64,000 bases of DNA from Chlamydiota bacterium (GTDB lineage: Bacteria; Chlamydiota; Chlamydiia; Chlamydiales; FEN-1388). Positions within the stretch are counted from its first letter, which is position 1; each line of letters opens with the position of its first letter. The stretch lies in assembly GCA_013287775.1 (NCBI GenBank), contig JABDDE010000004.1:2232-66231 (forward strand). Reading direction: 5' to 3'. Positions 17,601 through 26,079 of this stretch are shown piece by piece. Both the position numbers and the translations under genes were made by a program. The notes below the pieces were generated by a model that saw only the letters and a list, made by a program, of their open reading frames with translations, was not told the DNA's origin and did not search any database.

Positions 17601-19265
17601 TTATTCTACTGCCCCGAGCGCAGGGCAGTAGGATACACCCACAAACAGCAGCGGATGATCATCGATAAGCTGGCCGTACATATGCATTTTTCGGAGCATA
17701 CTCTCCACTTGCTTTTGAGGAGAAAGTGTACTAGTCTCTTCAAAAATATCTTCAATAAATTCCCTTACAGCTTTGGTTGATGTTGGAGTGATTTTCACAA
17801 AAGAGCTCATAAAAGCACTTTTGGGATGCCCTACAAAGAGAAATCGATCATTAGGAGTAAAGTAGCCTTGCTGCACTTGTCCTTGTCCTTGCTTTTGTCC
17901 TTCAATAAGAGAGCATTGCTTGAGCCGTGCTTCATGGTGCAGGAGCATGCCATAGCCTGTATGCAAATACGTAAACTCAAGCTTTGTAAGATCAAAGAAA
18001 ATACATGAAAGGCCCACAGGAAATTCGTGGTTTTCATCGCGAATATAGGATTGCAGTTTTGTAAAAAATTCCGTATCAGATGCCCACTGCCTCTCTTTCA
18101 GAAGCACACGTACAATGGTTCGAAGCATGGTGGCATACAATATACCCTCGACCCCTTTGACACCCATCTCAGCCGCAATAAAACATTTTTTTGTATCATC
18201 TAGACTCAAAAACTCATAATAGAGTCCATGATGGCCAATGCCTGCAAGGTGGGCGTAGCCGATTTCGAGAGGAGGCCAGAAAGGAGGGACAGCCGGGACA
18301 AGAGTTGTCTGAAATTGTTCCAATTTTTCAAATACTTCAAAGAAATAATCAGAGCCTTGTCGATCCTTTTCTACATCTGCCGAATGCATATAGTGAGCTA
18401 CATCACTAATAAAATCGACAATATCCTGATAGCGCTCTGTAAGCTTTGGCTGCAGAGCCTTAGAAAGAATTTGCTGCATCCCTTTTGGAGCCACAGAAAG
18501 GACCACACGCCCGTGCGTAATTTTGCCAATCACTAACTCATAAGCGATAATACCAAGAGAATAAATATCTGATTGAAACGTTACTTGCAACGGGCTCTCG
18601 CGTGCCTCTGGGCTCATATAAATAGGCGTCCCTATCAAGCGCGCATCTGCCTTTTTTTTTGCTACTTCATGATGATTATTCATAATCGTCGCAATGCCAA
18701 AATCGATGAGCTTGACCACCCCATCATCAGTAACGAGAATATTTTCAGGCTTGAGATCGCCATGAATGATGCCATGCGTATGCAAATGACACAGCGCATA
18801 GGCTATCTGCAGTATGATTTCGAGTGCTCGCTTGAGTGAAAAGGGAGTGAGCTGCAGCATCTTGCGAAGTGTTGAGCCCTGGATAAATTCCATCGCGATG
18901 TAGAGCCCTCCTTCCCAAGAGCCATAATCGTAGAGCTTAATAATATTAGGATGATCAGCTAAAGAAATGACATGGGCTTCATTCATAAACCGCTCTGCCA
19001 CTTGCTCATCAGAAGCAAATTTTGGAAGAAGTACCTTCACTATAACGGGTTCATGACTTTCTGGATGCACGCCCAGATATAACAGGCTCATGCCACCTGT
19101 CTCCAAAAGCCCTTCAATAGGGTAGCGACCAATAGTGGCAGGAAGTTCTATTTTAGGTTTTGGAAGCTCCGGCGCCGCCGCATTGCTACTTTCCGAGCTC
19201 GAGGATACGGACACCGAGTGTTTCTCCAATTTTAATAATTTCACCCTTTCCAATAATTTTTCCAT
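17601..19265 (-). CDS. pkn5: T3SS-associated Ser/Thr protein kinase (Pkn5-like) with a C-terminal SpoIIE/PP2C-like degenerate domain
   Basis: VIVKVL (Lys), HGDLKPENIL, DFGIA, GTPIYMSPE. It sits directly downstream of sctQ, as in Chlamydia. The C-terminal approximately 220 aa follow a SpoIIE-like pattern. Confidence 0.85.
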   Translation of the reverse strand: MEKLLERVKLLKLEKHSVSVSSSSESSNAAAPELPKPKIELPATIGRYPIEGLLETGGMSLLYLGVHPESHEPVIVKVLLPKFASDEQVAERFMNEAHVISLADHPNIIKLYDYGSWEGGLYIAMEFIQGSTLRKMLQLTPFSLKRALEIILQIAYALCHLHTHGIIHGDLKPENILVTDDGVVKLIDFGIATIMNNHHEVAKKKADARLIGTPIYMSPEARESPLQVTFQSDIYSLGIIAYELVIGKITHGRVVLSVAPKGMQQILSKALQPKLTERYQDIVDFISDVAHYMHSADVEKDRQGSDYFFEVFEKLEQFQTTLVPAVPPFWPPLEIGYAHLAGIGHHGLYYEFLSLDDTKKCFIAAEMGVKGVEGILYATMLRTIVRVLLKERQWASDTEFFTKLQSYIRDENHEFPVGLSCIFFDLTKLEFTYLHTGYGMLLHHEARLKQCSLIEGQKQGQGQVQQGYFTPNDRFLFVGHPKSAFMSSFVKITPTSTKAVREFIEDIFEETSTLSPQKQVESMLRKMHMYGQLIDDHPLLFVGVSYCPALGAVE

Positions 19266-19749
19266 TCACGACAAGCAGAGCTGGAGCATCGGGAGTCACT
19301 GCCAGGTCTAACATATTCCCTGGCTGCAGCTGCAAAAGCTGTTTTACGCTGATTTTTAGCTCAGCAAGTTCAATCGACACCGTAAGCGGAATCGAACTCA
19401 CTGAAAATGGCTCTGGCGGCACTTCTGGGGCTATCTGTGTTGCAGCAACATGGGTCTCTTTTCTCGTTTCTTGAGGAGGTTTTGGTGGAAGAGCTGGCCC
19501 TTTTGCTGGCACTTCAGAATCTTCTATTTCAAGATCAAATTCTTCCTCATCATCAAGCGCATCCTCAAAGGACTCTTCACCCTCATCAAGAAAAGGCTCT
19601 TCATTTTCATTAAATGGCTCCAGAAACTCACCTGCACCATTTTCTATGTGCTCAGGCGGATCAATTTGTAATGCACCATTTTGTAATGGAGCATTTTTTG
19701 TAGGTGTTGGGGCTTGTGGGGGTGTTTTACTTACCATGTAGAACCTCAT
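19186..19749 (-). CDS. SpoA (FliN/SctQ C-terminal) domain protein with an acidic N-terminal region
   Basis: The C-terminus IPLTVSIELAELKISVKQLLQLQPGNMLDLAV...LLVVNGKIIGKGEIIKIGETLGVRILEL is a SpoA fold signature. Alternative ATG at 19737. Confidence 0.7.
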   Translation of the reverse strand: MRFYMVSKTPPQAPTPTKNAPLQNGALQIDPPEHIENGAGEFLEPFNENEEPFLDEGEESFEDALDDEEEFDLEIEDSEVPAKGPALPPKPPQETRKETHVAATQIAPEVPPEPFSVSSIPLTVSIELAELKISVKQLLQLQPGNMLDLAVTPDAPALLVVNGKIIGKGEIIKIGETLGVRILELGK

Positions 19750-20554
19750 GATGTACTGGGATTTGAAGAATTTTTAGACTACTCCCTTGAATCTGCGCCC
19801 GAACAAGCGGCTGCCCGCATACAGTGAGCATACATTCATTTTTATTCACTGCGGGATTATAAAACGCATTTTCAATACAGAGGCAGTCTCCTGGCTGTAG
19901 CGAACTTAGTTCCTCTTGTGACAGCGTCACTCTTCCTGCTTCAACATGCACAACTACTTGCAGTGCATCCGATGGCAGAGGCGCATCTTGTGCTGCTATA
20001 GCAGCACTCCAGCTACTACGAAAGGCAGGCGTGATAATAAGGCGTGCAAGCATTCGATGCTGCGAGATAGTTATCCAAATATCTTGGCAGAGAGCTGCTT
20101 GCTCTGTAAGTTCATTATGCGGCGTCATCTTAAAGGAGAAATTTTTCGAAAAATCATATTTACTGATAAGATGCAGCGTTTCAATAGTTAAAAAATCAAA
20201 AAAGCTCTCTGCAAAGTCATGAGGAACAAGTTGCACCGCACTCGGATCTGCTTGAAGAATGAGTCCCATAATGGTATCAATATCTCTCTCTGAAAATACG
20301 ACAGCACACTCGCCTTCTAGCCCCGCAGATTGAATATGTTCTACCACAAATGGCTCAGGCAGCCCTTTCAGGAGATTTGCAGCCTCAAGCCACTCAAGTG
20401 TGCCCGCCTCAATGCCTATATCATCAAGGCCAAAAACACGCTGTAGATCAGCACTCAGCTTATCCCATGGAAACTGCCTTGGGGCAGCTCCGAGAAGCGG
20501 TTTCTCATCCAAGCGATATAACTCACGACTTATTGATTTTGCCCATGCAAACAT
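19727..20554 (-). CDS. sctQ: Type III secretion cytoplasmic-ring/sorting-platform protein SctQ (N-terminal region plus first SpoA-like domain)
   Basis: The C-terminus VVVHVEAGRVTLSQEELSSLQPGDCLCIEN...LTVCGQPLVRAQIQGSSLKILQI is SpoA-like. The synteny with pkn5 and sctC supports the call. Confidence 0.7.
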   Translation of the reverse strand: MFAWAKSISRELYRLDEKPLLGAAPRQFPWDKLSADLQRVFGLDDIGIEAGTLEWLEAANLLKGLPEPFVVEHIQSAGLEGECAVVFSERDIDTIMGLILQADPSAVQLVPHDFAESFFDFLTIETLHLISKYDFSKNFSFKMTPHNELTEQAALCQDIWITISQHRMLARLIITPAFRSSWSAAIAAQDAPLPSDALQVVVHVEAGRVTLSQEELSSLQPGDCLCIENAFYNPAVNKNECMLTVCGQPLVRAQIQGSSLKILQIPVHHEVLHGK

Positions 20555-20741
20555 AAATATACTCTCGTTTTCTCCTCTATACCATAATAGTATAAAGAAA
20601 TCCAGAATTGTTCTACTACCCCTAATTCACGCGATGTGCATATGCGTCAGGCTAACATCCTTATCTCAGGGGGCAAGAAAAGAGGGAGAAAACGCACTTG
20701 CAAAATAATCTGCTCTCTGTAATAACATACGATATGTTATC

Positions 20742-23225
20742 ATGGATGAACGAAGTCATAGACGCATGAAAAAAAACGTATATATCAATAAATTTTTCTC
20801 CCAAGTTGTTCTCCTTCTGGTGCTGAGCTCAGGGCTCTTTGCACAGATTGAGGCCCCTGCCCCAAAGCTGCCAACCCTCGTGCAACCACAGCCAGCACCG
20901 GGGCCTGCTACTCCAGGGCCTGCTACTCCAGGGCCTGCTACTCAGGGACCCGCTACTACCGTACAGCAGTCGCAGCAACCGACGCAACAAGAAGGTATAG
21001 GGCCTGTTATTAACTTTAATAACGTGAGCATTGTGGAGTTTTTGCGCTTTATCAGCAGACTTACAGGCAGGAATTTTGTGTTTGATCCTGCAGAGCTCCA
21101 ATTCCCCGTAACGATTATTTCTGAAAGCCCTGCTTCGATCGATGACATCATGGCCATGCTCTTACAAAACCTTCGTATTCATGGCTTTGAACTTATTGAA
21201 CAGGGGCCTAATTTCCTTATCCACATGAATCCCAACATAAAAAGCCCTGCAGATATGTACCGAGAAGATCATGGAGAAGAGCCCCAAATAGCTACACAAG
21301 TATTTCTCATTCAGTATGTCGATCCACAACGCGTGGCTACGATTGTCAAGACCATGCTCTCTAAAGACGCCATCGCTGAACTCATCCCTGAAAGCAAGCG
21401 TTTAGTGATCACAGATGTTGCTGCAAATATCACCAAAGTAAGTGAGCTATTAAAAAAATTAGACTCACCAAAAAGCGGTCTAGAAATTGGCCTCTATATT
21501 GGGCAAAATGCCTCTTCAGGCTCTCTTGCGGCCATGGCATCAGAGCTTTTAGCACCGCTTCTCTATGGGCAGACCTTTGTTGTCGTCCCTCATCCCCCAT
21601 CCAATGGCGTCTTTGTCATTTCATCACCGTTCCTTGTAGACAAAGCCTTGGCAATCATGCAGCAAATTGATCTTGGCGAAAATATCTCCTCCATTTTTTC
21701 CCTAGACGCCATGAAATTCAATCCAGAGCTTGCCAAGCAGCGAAGAGCTGCACTCACACAACCTGGCTTTTCTGCAGGAGAAATACAACAGCTTGGAGAA
21801 GACCAAATTCGTAACCTCCTCCATGAACTCGGCTATTCGGACGATCAAATACGACGCATGAGTGCTGCCGAGATTCAAGCCATTCTGCAGCATATGAAAG
21901 AAGCGGGACCCGCTGCACTCGCTGCACAAAATGAAATAAGAAGAAAGAAAATTTTTGAAAGCTCGCTTCCTTTGGGTCAAGTAGAGTCAACGCAATTTAG
22001 CCTGCATAAGCTCCAATATAGAAATGTCCAAGAAGTGATAAAGGCGCTTCATGCCATTGCCACAAGCTTGCAGGCATCATCAGGGCCTCAGTCGACCAGT
22101 CAGTCAGATCTCATCACGACGCTGAACACCGTGCAGGGAATTGACGAAAGCAACACTCTCGTGATTACGGGCACAAAAACAACGCTCCAAAAAACGAAAG
22201 ACCTTGTCGCAGAAATTGATAGCCCAGTAAGGCAAGTACTTATTGAAGTGCTTGTACTAGATACCACGATCAACAACTCCCTGAATTTTAGCGTGCAATA
22301 TGGCGGCACTATACAGAACAAAAACTACGCAGTAGAAGGCGGCCTCTTTGCAAATGGGAGCAACTTTATCAATGGAAACCTTGCCACCTTTACGGGAACA
22401 ACACCCGCTACTTTAAGTCCACAAGGGCTTTTTGCACCCCTCTCCTCTGGAAGTACCCCTCAGACGCCGGGCGGTGCCCAGCCACCTGCTCCAGGCTTAA
22501 CTCTGGGTGCTATTGGCCGTGTCCTCAGATGGAAAAATATCGGATTTGTAACCCTTGCAGCCCTTTTGAATGCCCTTAGAAACGATGATGATACGCGCAT
22601 TGTAATAAACCCAAAAATCACCACTGAGCACAATGTACCTGCAGAGATATTTGTGGGCTCATTAATCCCCATTAAAACACAAACGATTACCAACACAAAT
22701 AGCGATTTTACTACTGCCAACTATGAAACGCAGCAAACAGGTGTCACGCTGAAAGTAACACCACTTATTGCTTCCAAAGACACGGTCACTCTTATCATTG
22801 AGCAAACTATTAGCACTGCGAACCAGCAACAAGTCAACTCACAAGGTGCTAATAACGCAGCTCCTGCAACTATTAATGAAACAAGAACGCTCACAAGAGT
22901 GCACCTGCCCTCCGATCACTTCATCATGATGAGCGGGATGATCAATGATACCACAGAATTTCAATCAAGCCGCATTCCCTGTCTTGGATCGCTGCCATTC
23001 ATTGGTATGCTGTTCACAACCTCTGCAGTAGATACACAAACCAAAAGAAACCTGATTCTGTTTATACGTCCGCATGTCATGGAAAACACAGGTGATATCG
23101 ATGACACAACGAAGAAACAGCAAGAAAACTTTAAAGAGCGCGAGCGCCCAGGTGGAAAAGATGCGGATTGGACTATACTCGATGATGCGAAATTCCTTCT
23201 TAACTTTAATCCTTCTGTGCCTTAG
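20742..23225 (+). CDS. sctC: Type III secretion outer-membrane secretin SctC (CdsC-like)
   Basis: It has a signal peptide and the secretin N-domain VSIVEFLRFISRLTGRNFVFDP. The C-terminal secretin motif is IPCLGSLPFIGMLFTTSAVDTQTKRNLILFIRPHV. Confidence 0.9.
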   Translation: MDERSHRRMKKNVYINKFFSQVVLLLVLSSGLFAQIEAPAPKLPTLVQPQPAPGPATPGPATPGPATQGPATTVQQSQQPTQQEGIGPVINFNNVSIVEFLRFISRLTGRNFVFDPAELQFPVTIISESPASIDDIMAMLLQNLRIHGFELIEQGPNFLIHMNPNIKSPADMYREDHGEEPQIATQVFLIQYVDPQRVATIVKTMLSKDAIAELIPESKRLVITDVAANITKVSELLKKLDSPKSGLEIGLYIGQNASSGSLAAMASELLAPLLYGQTFVVVPHPPSNGVFVISSPFLVDKALAIMQQIDLGENISSIFSLDAMKFNPELAKQRRAALTQPGFSAGEIQQLGEDQIRNLLHELGYSDDQIRRMSAAEIQAILQHMKEAGPAALAAQNEIRRKKIFESSLPLGQVESTQFSLHKLQYRNVQEVIKALHAIATSLQASSGPQSTSQSDLITTLNTVQGIDESNTLVITGTKTTLQKTKDLVAEIDSPVRQVLIEVLVLDTTINNSLNFSVQYGGTIQNKNYAVEGGLFANGSNFINGNLATFTGTTPATLSPQGLFAPLSSGSTPQTPGGAQPPAPGLTLGAIGRVLRWKNIGFVTLAALLNALRNDDDTRIVINPKITTEHNVPAEIFVGSLIPIKTQTITNTNSDFTTANYETQQTGVTLKVTPLIASKDTVTLIIEQTISTANQQQVNSQGANNAAPATINETRTLTRVHLPSDHFIMMSGMINDTTEFQSSRIPCLGSLPFIGMLFTTSAVDTQTKRNLILFIRPHVMENTGDIDDTTKKQQENFKERERPGGKDADWTILDDAKFLLNFNPSVP

Positions 23226-24126
23226 TGCGACAAGTTGTAGCAAGCACGAGGAGCTCACGCCCTCCATTTCCTACACACCACCGCACCATGTGGTACATCA
23301 AATGGCCTCAGGCTTTGCCCCGCTTACAGATAGCGAAGTCCAAAGCGACTGGGGCAGAGAGCTTCTCATTGGGTCGACGCTCGCCCAGGAGCAGGATTTT
23401 TATCAAGCTATCCTTGCTTTAAAACGAGCGCGCATACTACAAAAACACCATACCGGCCCGAGAACACCTATACCTCGCCAAGATCAAGTGGCCTATGATA
23501 TGTGCCTGGCATACATGCTGAGCTCTAAATATGATGTCATCACACACGCCTTCGAAACAGGAAAACTCGATGCCATCACTCCTGAAAGCCCTGTGTTTAC
23601 CTCAGCGCTCATCATCCTCTACGATGCATACCTCCATCAGAAAAATCCCGCCAAGGCGCAGGAGATATATGACGTTATTGAAAATCAATCTAAACCCAAA
23701 GCTGCGCAGCTAAAAGCATATAAAAATATTTTTACTCTTGATAAAGAAGGGCTCCTGAGTGATCCTAAAACAGAGGTGCTGTACACAAGCTATTCCGCTC
23801 GCAAAAAACACCCTATGACCGCGGGAGCGTTAAATGCTGTACTCCCGGGCAGTGGCTACGTGTATGTCGGCCAGATACAATCGGGAGTGACGTCACTCAT
23901 GCTCAACGCGCTCTTCATTGCGGCCACCTATCAATTTGCCACTCATCATCAAGTGGCGCCTGCAATCATCAGTTTTGGATTTGAAATGGGCTGGTATGTA
24001 GGCGGCATCCATGGAGCCTACCTTGCTGCTGAGGAGTACAATAATACCCTGTACTCAGCGCACGCTAATGAGTACCTGCGCAAAGAAAAATTATTTCCCA
24101 TCTTCCAGATTGAATATGGATTCTAA
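23161..24126 (+). CDS. Putative lipoprotein/secreted protein with a TPR-like region and a C-terminal two-TM segment
   Basis: The start is re-set to the ATG at 23161 (MRIGLYSMMRNSFLTLILLCLSATSC). It overlaps the 3' end of sctC. The C-terminus is AGALNAVLPGSGYVYVGQIQSG..hydrophobic. Confidence 0.5.
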   Translation: MRIGLYSMMRNSFLTLILLCLSATSCSKHEELTPSISYTPPHHVVHQMASGFAPLTDSEVQSDWGRELLIGSTLAQEQDFYQAILALKRARILQKHHTGPRTPIPRQDQVAYDMCLAYMLSSKYDVITHAFETGKLDAITPESPVFTSALIILYDAYLHQKNPAKAQEIYDVIENQSKPKAAQLKAYKNIFTLDKEGLLSDPKTEVLYTSYSARKKHPMTAGALNAVLPGSGYVYVGQIQSGVTSLMLNALFIAATYQFATHHQVAPAIISFGFEMGWYVGGIHGAYLAAEEYNNTLYSAHANEYLRKEKLFPIFQIEYGF

Positions 24127-24127
24127 T

Positions 24128-24164
24128 ATCATCTATCATTTCCTTTCAGGAAATGATAAATGAT
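24128..24164. repeat. Hairpin repeat (H-like variant)
   Basis: ATCATCTATCATTTCC-TTTCA-GGAAATGATAAATGAT, immediately after the stop codon. Confidence 0.6.
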
Positions 24165-24194
24165 ATTAAAAAGAACGCAGACTATCAGGATCTC

Positions 24195-24660
24195 GCCACG
24201 GTAGTGGCATATGCATCAGGCTAAGGGAGTTGGTATAATAAACGTTATGGCTGATATAGGCTTCTGGGGCATTTTTCACCACAGAGTGCACAGAGGACAC
24301 AGAGAGAACAGGACCAAAGATGCATTTTCAGCGAGCGTATGCTCGCTGAAGTCCAAACATATAAAAATCGCATGGCAAATAAATTTGCCAATCGATTTTT
24401 ATATGCTTGGACTTTTCCACTTTCAGTGGAAAAATGCATCGAACACCCCAAACTTCTCTGTGTGCTCTGTGTCCTCTGTGGTAAAAAAATTGCCAAATCA
24501 GGGATTTACAGGGCCGTGGCCTTAGCCTGATGCGTATGCGGTAGTGGCGAAATTTGCGGCTCTAGCCCCGCGTGAAGCACAGGTCGTGCGCATGCGCACG
24601 GCCTGGCGGAACGTGGGGTTTGGGGAAACAGTAAAAAAAACAGAGCTGCGGTAGCAGCGA
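24195..24660. repeat. Composite repeat: an inverted-repeat-bounded element with a three-way-junction core (24319-24440), plus a P-family half element (24550-24660)
   Basis: The outer inverted repeat pairs GCCACGGTAGTGGCATATGCATCAGGCTAAGG with CCTTAGCCTGATGCGTATGCGGTAGTGGC. The inner inverted repeat pairs CACAGAGTGCACAGAGGACACAGAGAG with CTCTGTGTGCTCTGTGTCCTCTGTG. Confidence 0.8.
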
Positions 24661-24667
24661 CACAGAA

Positions 24668-25066
24668 ATGTCTAGAAAAGGAAATATGTCAATTTTTCAC
24701 AACAATATAATTGCTCTTATTGTGTATAGCATCTGCTTATATTGCCCATTATTGGCAGCAGTTGAGCCTTGGGGGCAAGATGCGGATATGGTGTCTGAAA
24801 AACCGCCCGAAACTATACATCATGACAGCGTTGGCTTCAACACTATCATTACCTTTCACCAACGCATAGTCTCACCTGCAGATGGCCCTAGAAGCCATTT
24901 TTACCCGAGTAGCTCGCAATATATGCGGCTCGCAATACGAAAATATGGATTTTTCACAGGGTTTTGTATGGGCTGTGACAGACTCATGCGGGAAAACAGC
25001 GACCCCTGGTTCTACTCTTTTGTCCAGACCAAGGATGGACAGCTACTGAAACTGGACCCGCCGTAA
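24668..25066 (+). CDS. YidD-like (membrane protein insertion efficiency factor family) protein, Cys-less variant with a signal/anchor
   Basis: IITFHQRIVSPADGPRSHFYPSSSQYMRLAIRKYGFFTGFCMGCDRLMREN aligns by eye with E. coli YidD ([35 protein letters not shown]...KRVLKCHP). Confidence 0.55.
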   Translation: MSRKGNMSIFHNNIIALIVYSICLYCPLLAAVEPWGQDADMVSEKPPETIHHDSVGFNTIITFHQRIVSPADGPRSHFYPSSSQYMRLAIRKYGFFTGFCMGCDRLMRENSDPWFYSFVQTKDGQLLKLDPP

Positions 25067-25161
25067 CATTCCTTCTCCGCTGCATTCTCCCAAAAAACAT
25101 AATGTAACATTGACACAATGTGTCGCATAATGGTAAACTGAAGATATAAGGAGGAAAAAAT

Positions 25162-25425
25162 ATGGCATTTACTCTTAATTTAGACGCAAGACACCGTGTT
25201 AATTTAACAAAATTACTGCCGGACTTAAACATTCACTCAGTTAAAGCATACGTGGAAGGAGATAGAATTATCTTAGAACCACTAGTAACAATCCCAGCCA
25301 GGGAATTATGGTTGTATAAAAATCCAGAAGCCTTAGAAGCGGTAAAAATAGGATTGAAAGAAGCTGGTGAAGGGAAGATTGTTGATGGAGGTTCATTCGC
25401 GCAGTATGTCGACGATGAAATTTGA
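25162..25425 (+). CDS. AbrB/SpoVT-like antitoxin candidate
   Basis: 87 aa. LNLDARHRVNLTKLLPD...GDRIILEP is a swapped-hairpin-like motif. There is an 11-nt overlap with the downstream toxin-like gene. Confidence 0.5.
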   Translation: MAFTLNLDARHRVNLTKLLPDLNIHSVKAYVEGDRIILEPLVTIPARELWLYKNPEALEAVKIGLKEAGEGKIVDGGSFAQYVDDEI

Positions 25426-25711
25426 AATAAAACTTACCAACAGAGCCCGTACCCAACTTACTGCCCTCGAAACTGCAAATGACAAAAAACTGGTTTTAAA
25501 AGCGGTAAGAAAAACCTTAGGCTACATGGAAACAAATATCCGTCATCCCTCATTACGTACCCATAAATTTGATAGTCTTAAAGGTACAAACGGCGAAGAC
25601 GTTTTTGAAGCATATGTTCAAAATAACACACCTTGTGCTTGGCGTATCTTTTGGCATTATGGACCAGCAAAAACTCAGATTACAATAGTTGCAATAACCG
25701 CTCATCCTTAA
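25415..25711 (+). CDS. RelE/ParE-superfamily toxin candidate
   Basis: The start is re-set to the ATG at 25415 (MKFEIKLT). IRHPSLRTHKFDSLKGTNGEDVFEAYVQNNTPCAWRIFWHYGP..ITIVAITAHP is a typical RelE/ParE-like C-terminal pattern. Confidence 0.5.
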   Translation: MKFEIKLTNRARTQLTALETANDKKLVLKAVRKTLGYMETNIRHPSLRTHKFDSLKGTNGEDVFEAYVQNNTPCAWRIFWHYGPAKTQITIVAITAHP

Positions 25712-25747
25712 TACATTTTTCTCTTGCAATCCGAATGGAGTATACCG

Positions 25748-26020
25748 ATGCGTAAATTAAAAACTCATGCTAAAGTAAGAGAAATTAGTCCAACAAAAAT
25801 GTTAACAGACGAGACTTTTATCGCGAAGACAGTTTGGGAATGTTTAAAGAACAACGATCCAAAAGGAGTGATAGAAACTTTAGCCGCCTATTTCGAAGCG
25901 ATAAATAAATTACAATTTTCAGGAGAAACTCAAATACCGCGAGCGACGTTATATCACTTTTTGAATGGCAAGAATCCTACTTTAAAAACGCTAGCAAAAA
26001 TTGTACATGCTGTCATATAA
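25748..26020 (+). CDS. HigA-type 'addiction module antidote' HTH protein candidate
   Basis: The start is re-set to the ATG at 25748, preceded by GGAG (the track start is TTG). NDPKGVIETLAAYFEAINKLQFSGETQIPRATLYHFLNGKNPTLKTLAKIVHAV matches the antidote-protein pattern. Confidence 0.55.
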   Translation: MRKLKTHAKVREISPTKMLTDETFIAKTVWECLKNNDPKGVIETLAAYFEAINKLQFSGETQIPRATLYHFLNGKNPTLKTLAKIVHAVI

Positions 26021-26079
26021 ATTATTTATTATATTACCCCTCAAGCGTAGCGAAGAGGGGCAGTATAATATTTCCTTCA

